64,000 nt of DNA from the human T2T-CHM13v2.0 reference genome, Homo sapiens: the NCBI RefSeq assembly GCF_009914755.1, contig NC_060925.1, one strand, 5' to 3'. A model generated the notes under the pieces. That model made no database searches. It had not been told where the DNA came from and saw nothing but the letters and a program-made list of their open reading frames with translations. The position numbers and the translations under genes were made by a program. This document shows, one piece after another, positions 31,987 through 47,399 of this stretch (the stretch's first letter is position 1; each line of letters opens with the position of its first letter).

Positions 31987-34522
31987 TCATGGCTAACCCT
32001 TGGGACAGACAGCATTGCCTGGTGCTTTGTCTTGGTGAACTCCCTCCACGCCATGGGCGTGGTGGTGTCTGGTGGACAATCCCAATCTTGCTCCAGACAC
32101 AGTGAGTCCCAGGTGCAGAATCAACCCACCTCATGTGGCTCTAGTGCTCGATGATGATGGAATACATGAGTTAACTTAAACACAATCTATATAAACAATT
32201 TTTAATGCTTTTTATTGCATTAATAGGTTACTATTAAAATGCAGACATCATTTTTCTTTTCTTACTAATGTGGTAGATCTTGGCATATCATATATAGTAC
32301 AGTGCCTTTTTCAGAGGACTTGAGCAGTATCTTTAGAAGCTTTACAGGACTCCCGGGAGGTACTATGATGGCTTCTATCAGTGTTCTCATTTTGCACACA
32401 GGAAAAGAGAGGCACAGAGAAAGCTGGCTAAAGTTGTGGAGCAAACCAGTTTCAGAATTAATACTAGAGTGATTTCCTTGATCATCTGATGCACATTGAG
32501 AGTATTTTGTTTAGCTCAAATCACTAAGTCTAGGATGGTCTGAATTTTTCATTTCATGTATCTCCCTCTTTTCCTCCCACCACCCCTTCTCCCCCAACCA
32601 CACAGTCACATACACATGTACAGGTTTTGTGAGATGGAAGTGTGCTTGTCCTAATGGAGTTTCAATTATCAGCCCTGAAATATGACAGCATGACTTTTCT
32701 CAGTTCTCCAGGAAGCCTGCTCCCATTTTAGCTTTGCCTCTCATGGGCTATTCCCATTGGAAAAAGGACAGATTTTCTCATCCTTCCTGTTTGGAAGAGT
32801 TCTCATGCTTCTTGGTTGGAAGGCAGGGCTGACTGCAAACCCACTTGAAGTTGTGTCAGGTGGTTTACATGATTTTGTCCTTGTCACCTGGGAGCTTGCC
32901 TGAGGGAATGCCCTGAATTGGCATAATAAATGCCACAGGAGATGGAAACCTCATCACTGTGCATGCATGTGGATCAGAGAGGAGACGCTTGGGAGTTAGG
33001 CCAGGCACTTAGGGTGGTGACTCATCCCGGAGCAAGGTGGGAAAAGCGGCAGATGGTGACCTGCCTCTCTGCACAATCATTGCAGATATTTAAAACCAGT
33101 TCTCAGGCACCAGAGGATTTTTTTTTTTAAAAAAGGTCAAATATAAACAGAGATAATTATAGGCATATTAACAGAGTCAGCACTCTTCTCATAGCGGAGT
33201 CCAAAATTATAGCAGAATTTCTGTCACCTGAAAAGCAAGGGGACAAGATGACTTCTTAAATTCCTTCCCCTCTGCCTGTCTCTATCCTTGCATCCTTCAA
33301 AGGTCAATTCAGTCCTGGAGCTTCCATGAAGATTTCAAGGCTAAATCTTTCTACCTTGACCTTTTCCTTTTCTGAACTTTCGTGGCATTTGTTACCTGAA
33401 TACCATCTACCTACACAAAATGGGCTCAGATCTCTTACCCCTTATCTGGTGGTAAGTCCTATTTACTGGCCCGGGGGCTTTCTGAATTCTAGAGGGCTTA
33501 TGTTTTCATGGTTACTTCTTGTTCCACTTTCTTGGTATTGCTAAAAATCTCTGTATCACTCATACCTCATCTCCTTTGAATGTTCTCTTCTCTCTTCCCA
33601 CATTTTAATCAGATACAGCCCCTTTTTCATGATCTCTCCAAAGACTTTCCACATAAGGCACAGAGGCATTGTGTGCATGCAGGTTTTGCAGTAGACTTGG
33701 GGTGATGAGAACTTCTCTTGCCTAAATTATTCTGCCTGGCTTTTGAAATTCTAAACTAAAACAGGCTTATTGTATCAATTTAAGAATTCAGAGGGGTATA
33801 AAGAAAAATATAATAATTATTTCCTATCTCCTTCTTATTCTACTCTGTGATGTAGTCAGTGTTAATAATTGTTATGTAATCTTTTATATTTTTCTATGCT
33901 TGAACATACACAAAATATAGGTACACACCCACAGAAGTTTCCCTTTATGTATAAAAAAAACTGTTCATTTCTTATGGAGAGCAGTTTAGATTGCTTTCTG
34001 TCTCCATCTCTCTCTTTCTTCCCTGTGAATCCTTCTAAATTATGCTCTAGGGCTTCAACTTTTATAACTAAAATGAACTATTAAGATATTTCACTAAACA
34101 AAAGACCAGGAGGAAATTATGCCACCTCTCTATCAGGAGAAGGGGATGTTGTCAGCTGTGGTTTTAAATAAGATTTTTTTCTCACTTTGCTATACACTTA
34201 TGGTCGAGAACACACCATTTAGCACTTGCTTCTTAGAGGTCCTAGTTCATATCTCCTTGTTTTGGATCCCTAACTGATTCAAAGTCTGTAGATGTCTTAC
34301 ACTTTCCTTGACTTCTAGTCAGAGTCTAGCTTATAACAAGCCAGTACTCCATAATTAAAGTACTTTTTGTCCTTTTGGTTCTATAATTTATGAAAGCTGC
34401 CTGAATTTGGAAACTCTCTTAATCGAAAGTGCCTTTTTAATGATGTACCCTTTCTAAATGGGTCACATCTCTAGCCCTTCCCCTCAAGGGCAATAACTAT
34501 TCCAGGCATCCCTGAAGAACTA

Positions 34523-34942
<420 letters not shown>

Positions 34943-35074
34943 TCACATCTCACCCCCCATGCCATGTCTATATGTCCTGCTGGGCTCAATGGCTTTAAGT
35001 GATTTGTAACTTCCTTTGTGAGCAGGCTCTTGTCTTTTTGGTGCTTAGTACCCCAATCTCTATAAGGTCATGAA

Positions 35075-35506
35075 CATGCACTGGAGCCAGCTCCTACTGG
35101 CTTGTAAATGCTGATTGTCAAATTTTCAGGACTGTTTCAAGACTGTCGTTGAATACAGCCATTATTAAAGATTCAATTTTATAACCTAATACTTAAGTAA
35201 ATTATATTAAAAATAAAGGTAATAGATATTCAAAATTTATCACTCTCAAATTATTTGACTACATTTTACTATTATGTGTACCTTTAAGATAATTTATGTG
35301 TGCTCTGTCTGGTGAAAATATTCTATGATTGTACTCTACTACACATCTGTTTCCAGCTCCATGTTTACTGACGTCATGTTGGTAATTGAAATTGGCCATG
35401 GAGAGAGTATTTACATCATGGAAACTGGCAAATGCTACACAACGGGGCTTTTAAATTTTTTTCCTTTAGGGAGCCAGGTTGTTAGGTATTTAACAGCACA
35501 CCACTG
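35075..35506 (+). mobile_element. MER63-like hAT-Blackjack DNA transposon
   Basis: ctggagccagctcctactggc...aaattttcagga...cagccattattaaa start, and terminal ggttgttaggtatttaacagcacaccactg end. Confidence 0.7.
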
Positions 35507-38500
35507 GCCAACATTTTTGGTGGTTTAATAAGTTATCGTCATCAGATTACCCTGGGAGCCAATATCTGATTTGGCAAGTGGAAATAAAGACTCATTCCTG
35601 ATTATCTTGCAAATTATGAGAAGCCAAAACAGTAAGTCCTGGATACCACGGCCTGATGAAGACACTCAACAGCCCATTATTGTAGAATTTTCCCTTTTAA
35701 AGACCACTTATGTTCTGAAAGAAATCTAGCTTGTGTTAAACTAATTTTTATTAGCCTCAATCTTGGAGATGATGATGATAAAAAAACATTCTTGAGGACC
35801 TTGCTTTACTTTCTTCTGATTTCTCAAATGCTACTTGGAGTCACCAAAGGGTAAAACACAGAGAAATAGACTTTTGTGTATCGTCTTGGAAAATGAAGAT
35901 TCACCAGTGTTGTGGCCATTAAATAATTAAGCCTTTAAGACTAACTAAGAGGCTAACTCCAGTGTGTCTGTAATTAGACCTGCCCATAGATTAAATCAAA
36001 GATCAAGCCGATATTTAAATGGTCATTATTAACTTATAAATTTATATGTAGTGGAGGCTTCGATGAGTTTAAGAGTTGTCATAGGTTTTGAATTTCTCCC
36101 CTGGGTAATCTCACCCCTCCCCTTTACAACCAGGTAGGCTGAGGCCAGCTGTGTTTTGCTGGACCTTGTGAGTGGAGAGTGCTGTCTCCTCATTGTACTC
36201 ACATGTGCACCCTCAAATCCTCAGCAAAGACAGAGACACAAGGAGACCTTTAACAGATCCAAGACTCACAGGATAGAATCAGCAGCATATATATGCACTG
36301 CTGGACATTTGCTTCAATTACTTTTGCCTAAAACCATTCATTGAATAAAACAGTCTAGAAAGCAGAGCTTCTTGAGGATGGCAAATGTTGACCAAAACAA
36401 AAATTAAAAAAAATTTTTGTTTAAAATTTATAAAACTCAAGAAGTGTAAACGAAATTTAAATAAGCTTTCAAATGATGTTTTATAAACTGTATCACCTAT
36501 AGTTTTGACCTTATTAAAGCTTTGAATTTCACTAAAACCTTTGGGACAACCTATATAACACATACAGAATGACTCCTAGGCCATGAGAAGAAGAGTTGAT
36601 ATTTAGAACCTGTCAGGATTTTGCATGATTATACTGAGCACTTATTATGTACCAAGTACAATGCTAACCACTGTTACATAGATTATTTCAATTCACCCTC
36701 TCACCAACACCATGGGATTAAGGTGTCATTATTACTACCATTTTATAGATGACGAAATTGGGCCACACAGTCAGCAAACATAGAAGCTAGGATTAGAATG
36801 CAGGCAGAATGACTATAAACCTTCTTAGCCAATATACAATACCACTTTACATTTATATAGCATTTCACAGTCTATAAACTATTTTCATATATACCATCTA
36901 ACAAGAATTTAAAAAAATATTTAGTAGCAGTCATATGAGGTAGTTCATGTAGAGATAATTATCCCAGCTTTACCAATGAGGAAACTGAATCCCAGGTTAA
37001 GGGATGTGCCAAAAGTCAGAGTGGGTCATAGCAGAACTGACTGTCAAACCCTGATGTTCTACAGTTTTCATTCTTTCCCCTACAATTTAGACATCAGGTT
37101 ACAGATTGCGCGAGATGCCTCCTTTCATTTATACATGGTGTCCCAAAGTAAACTATATTAGGAATAATTCAGATGATCTTAATAGGTGTGATCTCTAGAC
37201 TGGTGCTCATCCTACAGGTAAGAAAATTCTTTTTAAACAGGTTCTCTAGTGCCTGTCTCCTGTGATTCAACACATTAACTCCAGGTTTCCTATGCAGGAC
37301 TTCTGTCATAGTGGCAGAAATGGCCACTCCAAATTTCAAGTCACCAGCAATTCTTAGGGCATTTGGAACAAATCAGCGTATTCCTTTTTGCTTCCTTCTT
37401 CAAAGCTAATATTAACAATAGAGGGTGATCTAAGAAGAGCATTTTGGGATTTTAAAGCAAAAAAAAGAGGTGCAGAAGGATTTTTAAAAAAATCTTGGCA
37501 ACTTAGCTTGAGGCCTGAGCCTGGTGGTAAAGTTGCCTACACTTCTGAATGAGAAAGCAGCAACTGGCGTCATTCCTCGTGGAAGTGGTCTTGACAATGG
37601 TGGCTCAATGGAGGAGACCACCACCACTTTCACTCTAAATTAGCAGCAACTATGTACACTAGGCATCAGTAATCCTTATAAAAGAAAATTATATTGAACT
37701 GTACTGCAAACAATCAAAGAGCCTCATGCCTTAATTCAATGAATTCACGGTGGGTGCAAAGTATTCTTAGCCTTACTTTCTTTGGGGTGTCAACTTTGAA
37801 ACTTGAGGAAGAGCATGCTGTTAAAGAGGAATAAACTGTGGCTTGAGGAATCAGGGTTGCTTATCTGCAAAGATGCCATGCTGTTTCCTCTTTAGATTTT
37901 GCATAAATGTTGCACTTATGTGGTGAGAGCAGTTGGAATTAGTTCCATGATGTGTCTTACTCCAAAGAGTAAGTGGTTTCGGGTGCCAAAGGTTGGGCTG
38001 GCTGCAGTCCTGACAGAGCAGAGGCTGACACTGATGAATCTCCGCAGGTCTGACTGAAGTCCAGGAAACAGCTTTCTGGATTGTCTCAAGACCCTGTTCT
38101 GATGGTTCTTTTATCCTGCTGGCTCCGGGGGAGTTTTGGCCAGCTCCCTGGCCAGCCCCAGCACTAACCACCATCACTGGGGACAGATGTGGACAAATGG
38201 TTGAATGTGCTTTTCCACCCTACCTCTGACGTCTCATTTTTTTAATCATGTGATGGAGCTCAGCTTTCATATCAAAAGGCTACTTCTTTGTGTATATGGC
38301 TTTAAAATTTTTATTTTTCAATTCTATTCTACTTTGCATTCCAGAGAAGATAAAAGAGTGCTAGAAGCTGGTAGGAGACCAGGATTCTTTTTCTTACTCC
38401 GCCATTAATTAGCTGTCTGGCTCTGGGAAAATCTGTCTCACTGACTGCTGCTTTTTAAATCTGTAAAATGAGAAGCTTCTTTCTAAGGCCTGTTTTAAGT

Positions 38501-40088
38501 TCTCATATTCATGAATGTTTTGTTCTATTATCTGTACATGGGCAGAGAATGGAGGCAGAAGTCTTGAGATTTTGTCCCTTGGCACACTATGAGGATAGAT
38601 CAAGGCTAGGAGTCAAAAGTAGTGACCTTGGCAACACTATTCAATTGTGCTTAAGTGCTGCAGACCTAGGGGGCCTCAGAATGCAATCCACACAATGGGC
38701 AGCTATTTTCTACGCCCTTGCCAAAGAGAAAAGAATGCCCTATAACGAAGTATATTTTGTGGCTCTCAGTGTTTTCACCTTCCTAACCCTTCTCTCTCCT
38801 CTCCTCAGTCCCATGGGCAATGGGAACATCGTGCTGTGGTGTGTGCACCCGGCCAGGAACGTCAAACAGTGGATAAATAGCCCCTTCTCCTACAGTCTTT
38901 TCACAAAGAGCAAGCAAAGGAGCACTTTAGATAATGACCTAGATACTTCTCTGGAAGAGACCTGTAGCACTTGGTTTAAAAAGCAGGCCTTAAGAGCAGA
39001 CCTCCTGCAAATGAGTGGTGGCTCTAGGGTTGCTATAGAAACAGATGGAGATTATGCAACTGTCCTTCTTCACATGCTTTGGGAACCTGTAAAGTAATTT
39101 ATCTGGGCCTATTGAAGTGTTCCTCAAGCAGCACAGAGGTACCATGTCAGAGGTAACGTGCTCATAGTTTGGACTCAACCCAGTTGTAGCTATGCTAGCA
39201 GCTGCTGAGTCTTCCCTGAAGTAGCCAGGAGGGTTCAGTGTAAGTCCTGGATTAGATCAAGATTTTGTTTGCAAATGAACCTATCCCTGTAGAAAGCCAG
39301 GGTCAAGAATATGACAGGTATGTCCAGACCGCCAAAGAGTAAGTCTACTAAGAAGCATGTGCGCTACAGAATAGCATTAACACAGCGATGGCCCACACTG
39401 ACCCTGGGTGTCCTCCAGATGGGGTCTCATGGAGCCTCATCCCCTGGATGGAAACTGGAGCCATTTGTCAGCCTGGCTTCCCAGAAGGTGCCTAGTGACT
39501 TTGGATTCAGAAACAATAAGGCTTAACTTCTGCTTGAATTTCACTTTGGGATAATTGGTGTGGTGACAATATTTTTAGAAAGGTATTTCAATTCAGTAAA
39601 CAAAATTGGGAGGCTAAATGAAATAATTGGATATGGAAAAAATTAAGGAACATTAAATTTTTTTCCCTAAGCACAGTGCATTATTGTTGTTTTTCTTTTC
39701 ATTATTATCATTGATTTTTGAAAATAATTTAAGTTGAAGTTACATGTGCGGGAACATTGCCTGCCACGTAGGAGTGAGTAACTCTGGCTTACAGAAGTCT
39801 GGTGAATCCGGCTTACCAGGCTTTCCCCCTTAAACTGATGTCACATGACTTATCAGCAAATTCCTAAAATTGCTCCATTAGAAGGTTTAAAATGTTTGTT
39901 TGTTGTTATTTTTTATTTTAAATAATCCCAGTGGGCTCTCTGAGCCCTGAATGGAAAAGACCAACCACTTAATCTGTACTGTTTAAAACATAAACAAATG
40001 TATGAGCAGTAGTCACTGATTTAGTCAGAAGAGGATGAGCTATAGTGAAATAATAAACATAATCTGATTTGCATAAAAAAGGGAATCA

Positions 40089-40402
<314 letters not shown>

Positions 40403-41021
40403 GGGAATCAGCCCCAATGAGATACTTTTTTTTTTTTTTCTCACTGTTGGGTTTAGATCCCCATTTTAGTACATCATCCTTCTATCAGCTTTGACAGTGT
40501 AGACTATACATAGGGTTGGTTCTAATTTGCTAGATAGTCATCTGGAACAAAGTGAGTCATACTCTTAATATTCTGTACTAATTGTTAGCATGTTAGCTGT
40601 TGCCCAATGTCCTTAGTACTTTATTCCTGTTTAGATTTAAGTCCTTGTCTAAAAACACTCTGCCCCACTGGAATCACTTCATAAATTAATAACATCTTGC
40701 AATCTGTAAGCTCCAAGATAATCAGAGAGCCTCACAGACCAACCACCATCTCTTGCAGTAGCATTGTGGAAGGCATTCCTGGAATATGGCAACTGGTGAG
40801 GGAGATAATTTTGAGCAGGTGGAACGCTTGGGATCCCTCAGAGTTAGAGAATGGCCTTGCCTAAGGTGGTCCCATGACTTCACTGTCTACCCTCCCCCAC
40901 CTCAAGGGCAATGAAGTGTTGTCATCATTGTTACCACTACCTTTTTCCTAGTCTCAGGGGTAACAATCCAGCTCTCAGCCTGAACTTGACCTTTTCCTAT
41001 TTCCACTCTTTATCCCTTTTA

Positions 41022-41762
<741 letters not shown>

Positions 41763-41936
41763 CTACTCATTCTCTGACCAGATTTCTGTTGCTGAGAGTG
41801 AAGCTCAACGTAGTTTGGTACATATTCAATTTAATAAATATTTTCACCTAGCATGGGCTGTCTGTGCCTAGCACAGGGCTGGGGGCAAAGATGAATGAGA
41901 TCTGGGCCCTTGTCCTCCAGAAGCTGACCTTTAAGG

Positions 41937-42330
41937 TGTCTTAGGATGGATTCCTTAGAAGTAGGTCTTTGCTAAAGATTCATGTAAAAGTGATTTATTG
42001 GAAGGTGTTCCCAGAAAAAACTGGTAGGGAAGAGTGGAAAATTGGGAAGGGAACGTGCTCAAGCCCAGGTGCATTATCAAGCCAAGTTCCAGGAGAGTCA
42101 CTTGGGTTCAGTTCTGCAGGGTGCTCTGGGCAGTGCAGGTCACATCTCATTGTGGGTTAAGGTCTATGTCCCTGAGGGCATGCGAATCCCCCAGCCCCTC
42201 ATTCTCTCTCTGGGCAGCCCAAGAAGTTTCCAACAAACTGAGGACAGCCTTCTCACCAGGATGCCCAGGTGCTGGCTATGGGATTTTGTGAGGGACCTAA
42301 GGAGGTATAGGCTGAGCACTGAGTCCACTG
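41937..42330. mobile_element. Old ERVL-type LTR fragment
   Basis: tgtcttaggatggattcc...gattcatgtaaaagtgatttattgg resembles LTR16/LTR33/LTR41-class ends. Family uncertain. Confidence 0.45.
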
Positions 42331-43613
42331 TGCAGAGAAAGGTCTTATGTGTTACAAACCTGTCTCGCTCCCTCCCTGCCTGCCATCTGACTCACTCTGC
42401 TCATTCATCAAAACCCAGCTCCATGGTTACTTCAAAGGCTCCCCAGGACCTCACTCTCATTTAGTTACTGTTTGCTATGACCCCTCTGGGATTCTACGCA
42501 TGTCTCTGTCCTAGACCTTACTGTGGGATAACTACAGTGGTTAATTTATCTGCCTAGCATGATTCAAGTAAACGTATTAAACAAATACAAATGGAGTACC
42601 TGCTGGCATCCTTCTTTGCACTTGGCCTTGAGGATATGAAGTCTAGTAAGTTACATCCTTGTTTAATTCTGCCACTTCATGCCGCCCCCATGAAAATATA
42701 CTTTACTGACATTATTTAACTTAGCTCTTCCTTGCAGATTTTTCCCATGTTTGCCAGGGATCCTGGTGGAAGGCTGGCAAAAAGTTCACTTATAGAAGCC
42801 CCAGCTTCCTGAGCTGCAGAGTCCATGCTCATGGAAACCTAGGACTTTCCCCTATTCTCCTGCTCCATTGAAAAGACAAGCTGACCTGACCATTGTCATT
42901 GAAGCACAGGAGAACTGGACTTGCTCTTCTGTTCTGCAGATTGTTTTATTTATAGTGTTGGTTATTGGGAGGAGAAGGAGGTGAAAGGAACCCATGAAAT
43001 ATTTTAGTCCTCAGTGACTGCCTCTAGACTTGCTGTGTCTCAGGGTGAATGTGTCAGGTAACCCTCTACATCTGCGGGCCATCCAGGCTCTGTTAAAATT
43101 TCACTCTGCCACCTCCAGCTTTCATCCCCGTGAAAGCCTTGAGATCATGGATCCTATAGAGGTGAGTGCTTGAACTCAAGACAAATGCCTCTTGTCATCA
43201 AAGAACTGAATTGCATGGGGTCTAAGGTACCTTTTGGGAGAGAAAACCTGTGCACAAAGGGGTACAGATACAGTTCCCACTCATTGGCGTCAGCCGATAA
43301 TAGCTGTTGCTTATACGGTACTTACAGAAGCCAGGCTGACATCTGAATAGGTGCTTTTATTGTTAATAACTTCTTGTTGCTCTAGTCTAGCACCATTTGT
43401 AGATGAGGAAAGGAAGGCACAGATATGGAACTGCTTAGGTCATCAGCTAGGAAGCAGTAGAGCCAGGATCTGAACTTGGGAATTCTGACTCTGAAGACTT
43501 AATTATGTCTTGCAGAGAGGTAAAGGTAACTCACAAGGGTTACTAATTAGGGGGTGGGCAATGTTAGAAGTAAATCCCCTGAGATTTCAGCCTTTTGGAG
43601 GGTGCACTAAGTT

Positions 43614-43710
43614 GTGTGAGTGTGTTGTGTGTGAGAGCATGCGTGTGTGCATGCGTGAGAGAGAGAGTATGTGTGTGTGAGAGAGTGTGTGTGTGTGTGT
43701 GTGTGTGCAT
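43614..43710. repeat. Compound (TG)n/(GA)n microsatellite
   Basis: Read directly; pure (GT)11 at about 43685-43706. Confidence 0.9.
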
Positions 43711-44088
43711 ACGCTTCTGTGTGCTTTTTGAGGGGGCAGGTGCTAAAGCTTCCATCTCACTGGAGAAGATGGGGATAGGTCCTCTGAGACCTTAATGACT
43801 ATCATCTACTCAGATGGGAGAAAGGCTGCGATTGAGTGAACAGAGCGTCTGCATTCTCTAGTCCCTCAGGTTAACATGGATAGATATCAATTCAACAGCC
43901 TGTGAAAACCAAAGATGAAAGAAGACAGACATCAAATTCCCTGCTCGCCATCGAAGTTGCTGTGCTGAACCGATGAACCATTACCTGACTCATCCCCCCA
44001 AAATCAGGTTAATGTATTTCAAACTGGCTATGCAGTGTAGAAAATCCCTGAACTGAATCCCTCGGGGAAGAACTGCATTTAGATCTTA

Positions 44089-44904
<816 letters not shown>

Positions 44905-47399
44905 CTACAAAGCTCAGGAGTAGGCAGCCAGAGATTTTCAAGGGGGGGCGTCAGGAAGGGACAGTGGCTGCCAATGTCATAAAGGCCCAGGACTTTGTTC
45001 CTTAAAGGACTGGACCCCTGAAAATGGACACTGCTTCTGCATACTATTTTGTTTTCTCAAAAGGCTTATCTAGAACACACAGGTCTGGTCCCATGGTGGG
45101 CAAATGGTTCTTGGAGGAAACATGAGGGCTGGGGGCTGGGGCCCTGTGGATGGGCTGTTCCTCTGAGGAGAACTCAGAGTTTCTTTTCACTTCTAGGTGA
45201 GAAATTGGACCAGGGAGCCTTGGGTGTCCTCTCCTATTTCCCCAGATATTTATTGCAAAGGGACTCTGCCAGCCACTTCAAAATAACTTCATGAGCTCCT
45301 CTCAGCTCATCTATCCATACAAATTGTCTTCAGAATAACCAGCCAGGCAAATAATATAGTTCCAGGTAATTGTGATTGTTAATAAACCTTGGGTACATTT
45401 GTGATTATCTAGGGCTGTGTGAGCTGAACTTTCTTTTAATCTTCTTGTCAGTATAGTCCTCATGCTCTGTGACCACCAGGTGCTTTTCTTCCAAGTTCCT
45501 GTTTAAATTGGTAAAATAATGAATTAGCTCCTCTGCTGGTTACCTAGTCACCAAGAACCATAGAGTACAATAAACTCACTGGGATGCAAATCAGTTTTAC
45601 AGAAATTTTATTCCTTTTGTATTCTCTATGCAAAACAGAAAAGAGATTTACAAAACTTGGTTCTAAAAGTTAGAGCTACTAAGAAGATTAAGGACTAAGG
45701 GACCAAGTGAGTGTGACTATTCGTCGGAGAAGAAGGTCACAACTAGGATTTACTGTATTTGCACTCAGCACAGACTGTGCTGTGCCCCTCACACAGGAGT
45801 CTACATGACCCTCAGGACAACCTTATGATGGGTCACTATGAATAGCCCCATCTTCTAATGGAGGAAGTTCTTCCAAGAGAGGTTAAGATTTGAATGCAGG
45901 TCTGACTCCAAAACCTGTGTTATCAATTACTATGTCCCAGGGCTTTTCTTGAAAAGAGTGTTCAATTTTCTCTTGTCTTTGATGGAAACTGTGTAATTTC
46001 TAAGATCTTCCCAGGAATATCGCGATTAGAAAATTTTGCTAGGGTCAGATTCAATGTTCTTTTCTCCATGAGCATTTGTCTCTCATCTTTTCCCTCCTGC
46101 CTCCTCTGCTATTCTCCCAAATGCAGGCTGAATTCATGTCCCTCTCTTCCAGGCCCCACTTCTGACAGCACTTGCCATGCTAGACCGTGGGTTTCCTTTG
46201 CCTGCTTCTCCCCACCTGGACTGCTAAGTCCTTGTCGGTCAGACCGTGTCTTATCTGCAATGTGTGACCGTCGCTTCAGGACGGCGAGAGTGCTCAGTGC
46301 ATAGTTGTTGAATAAGTGGATAAGTAGATCCCTGGAAGGATGGAAAGATGAATTCATGAGAAAATGCTCAGTGAGCAAAAGGTTAAATCATTCTCCAACT
46401 AATTTAATCCCTCTCCATTATCCTCAAGTTAGATACTGGTCTGTTCCATTTCAGTTCTGAAAAAAATGCCTGAGGGTTGATTTTATTAGGAGTAACCTGT
46501 ATTAGTGCCTAGTATAAAATCATGCCTTATTATTCAGCCCTTGCATTATATACTAGACTATAGTCTGTCCCTGCTTCCAATATGGACAGGGAGCAGACCA
46601 GAGCAGAGCTGTTGAGACTATAGACTCTGGAGCCTATAGAGTCTCTGTTTAGGTTCAAGCCTCAGCTCTTTCATTTTCTAGCTGTGGGAAGATCACTTAA
46701 GCTCTCTGTGCCTCAGTTTCCCTATCTATAAAGTGGAGATAATAATGGTACTTATCTTACAAGGTTGGAGGGCTAATGGAATTATTATCTGTATAATATT
46801 CACCCAGAACCTGGCATTAACTAACATAAATAAATATTGTTTGCAGACAAGTGGAATAATTGTTCCAGTTCTTCCCCTAGTCAAGGACTTCCCTGAAATC
46901 ACTGGAACATATGAAATGTGTTATCCATTTGTGGACAGCAGAAAAGCCCAATCCTTAACACAGCCTTATCCAAAGATGGGTGAGATCCTTGGAGCAATGT
47001 GGGAAATGATGATCTGTTGGTCACTTCCAGACAAGGTAAATAAACCTTGGGGATAGGTAGAGTGACATGTTGGAATCAAATTGCCCTCCTAACTGTAAGC
47101 TCCTAAAGCCGCCTCTCATCCAAAGCTCTACTTGCCTTCTCACTTTCAGGTTCTCTAGGCGTGACTTTCTTCAGCATCACTTCTACCCTCCTATCATTGA
47201 AAGTCTCCAGAAACAGCTCTGCTATCAGTCATTTACACACAGACGGGGTCTTGGCTATCTTTCTTATTGAATCCAAGTTTGTTTATCTGATCCATGTGGA
47301 TATTGCTAAATAACTTTTTCTTCTGGGAATTGGAAAATGATCACATAACACCCCGTAGCACATAACAGCTTTTTTGCACATAGTTGACACTCAAAATAA

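Noticed and set aside
38468-39097. 209-aa plus-strand ORF
   Set aside because: No recognisable homology, and no poly(A)/TSD to suggest a retrocopy.
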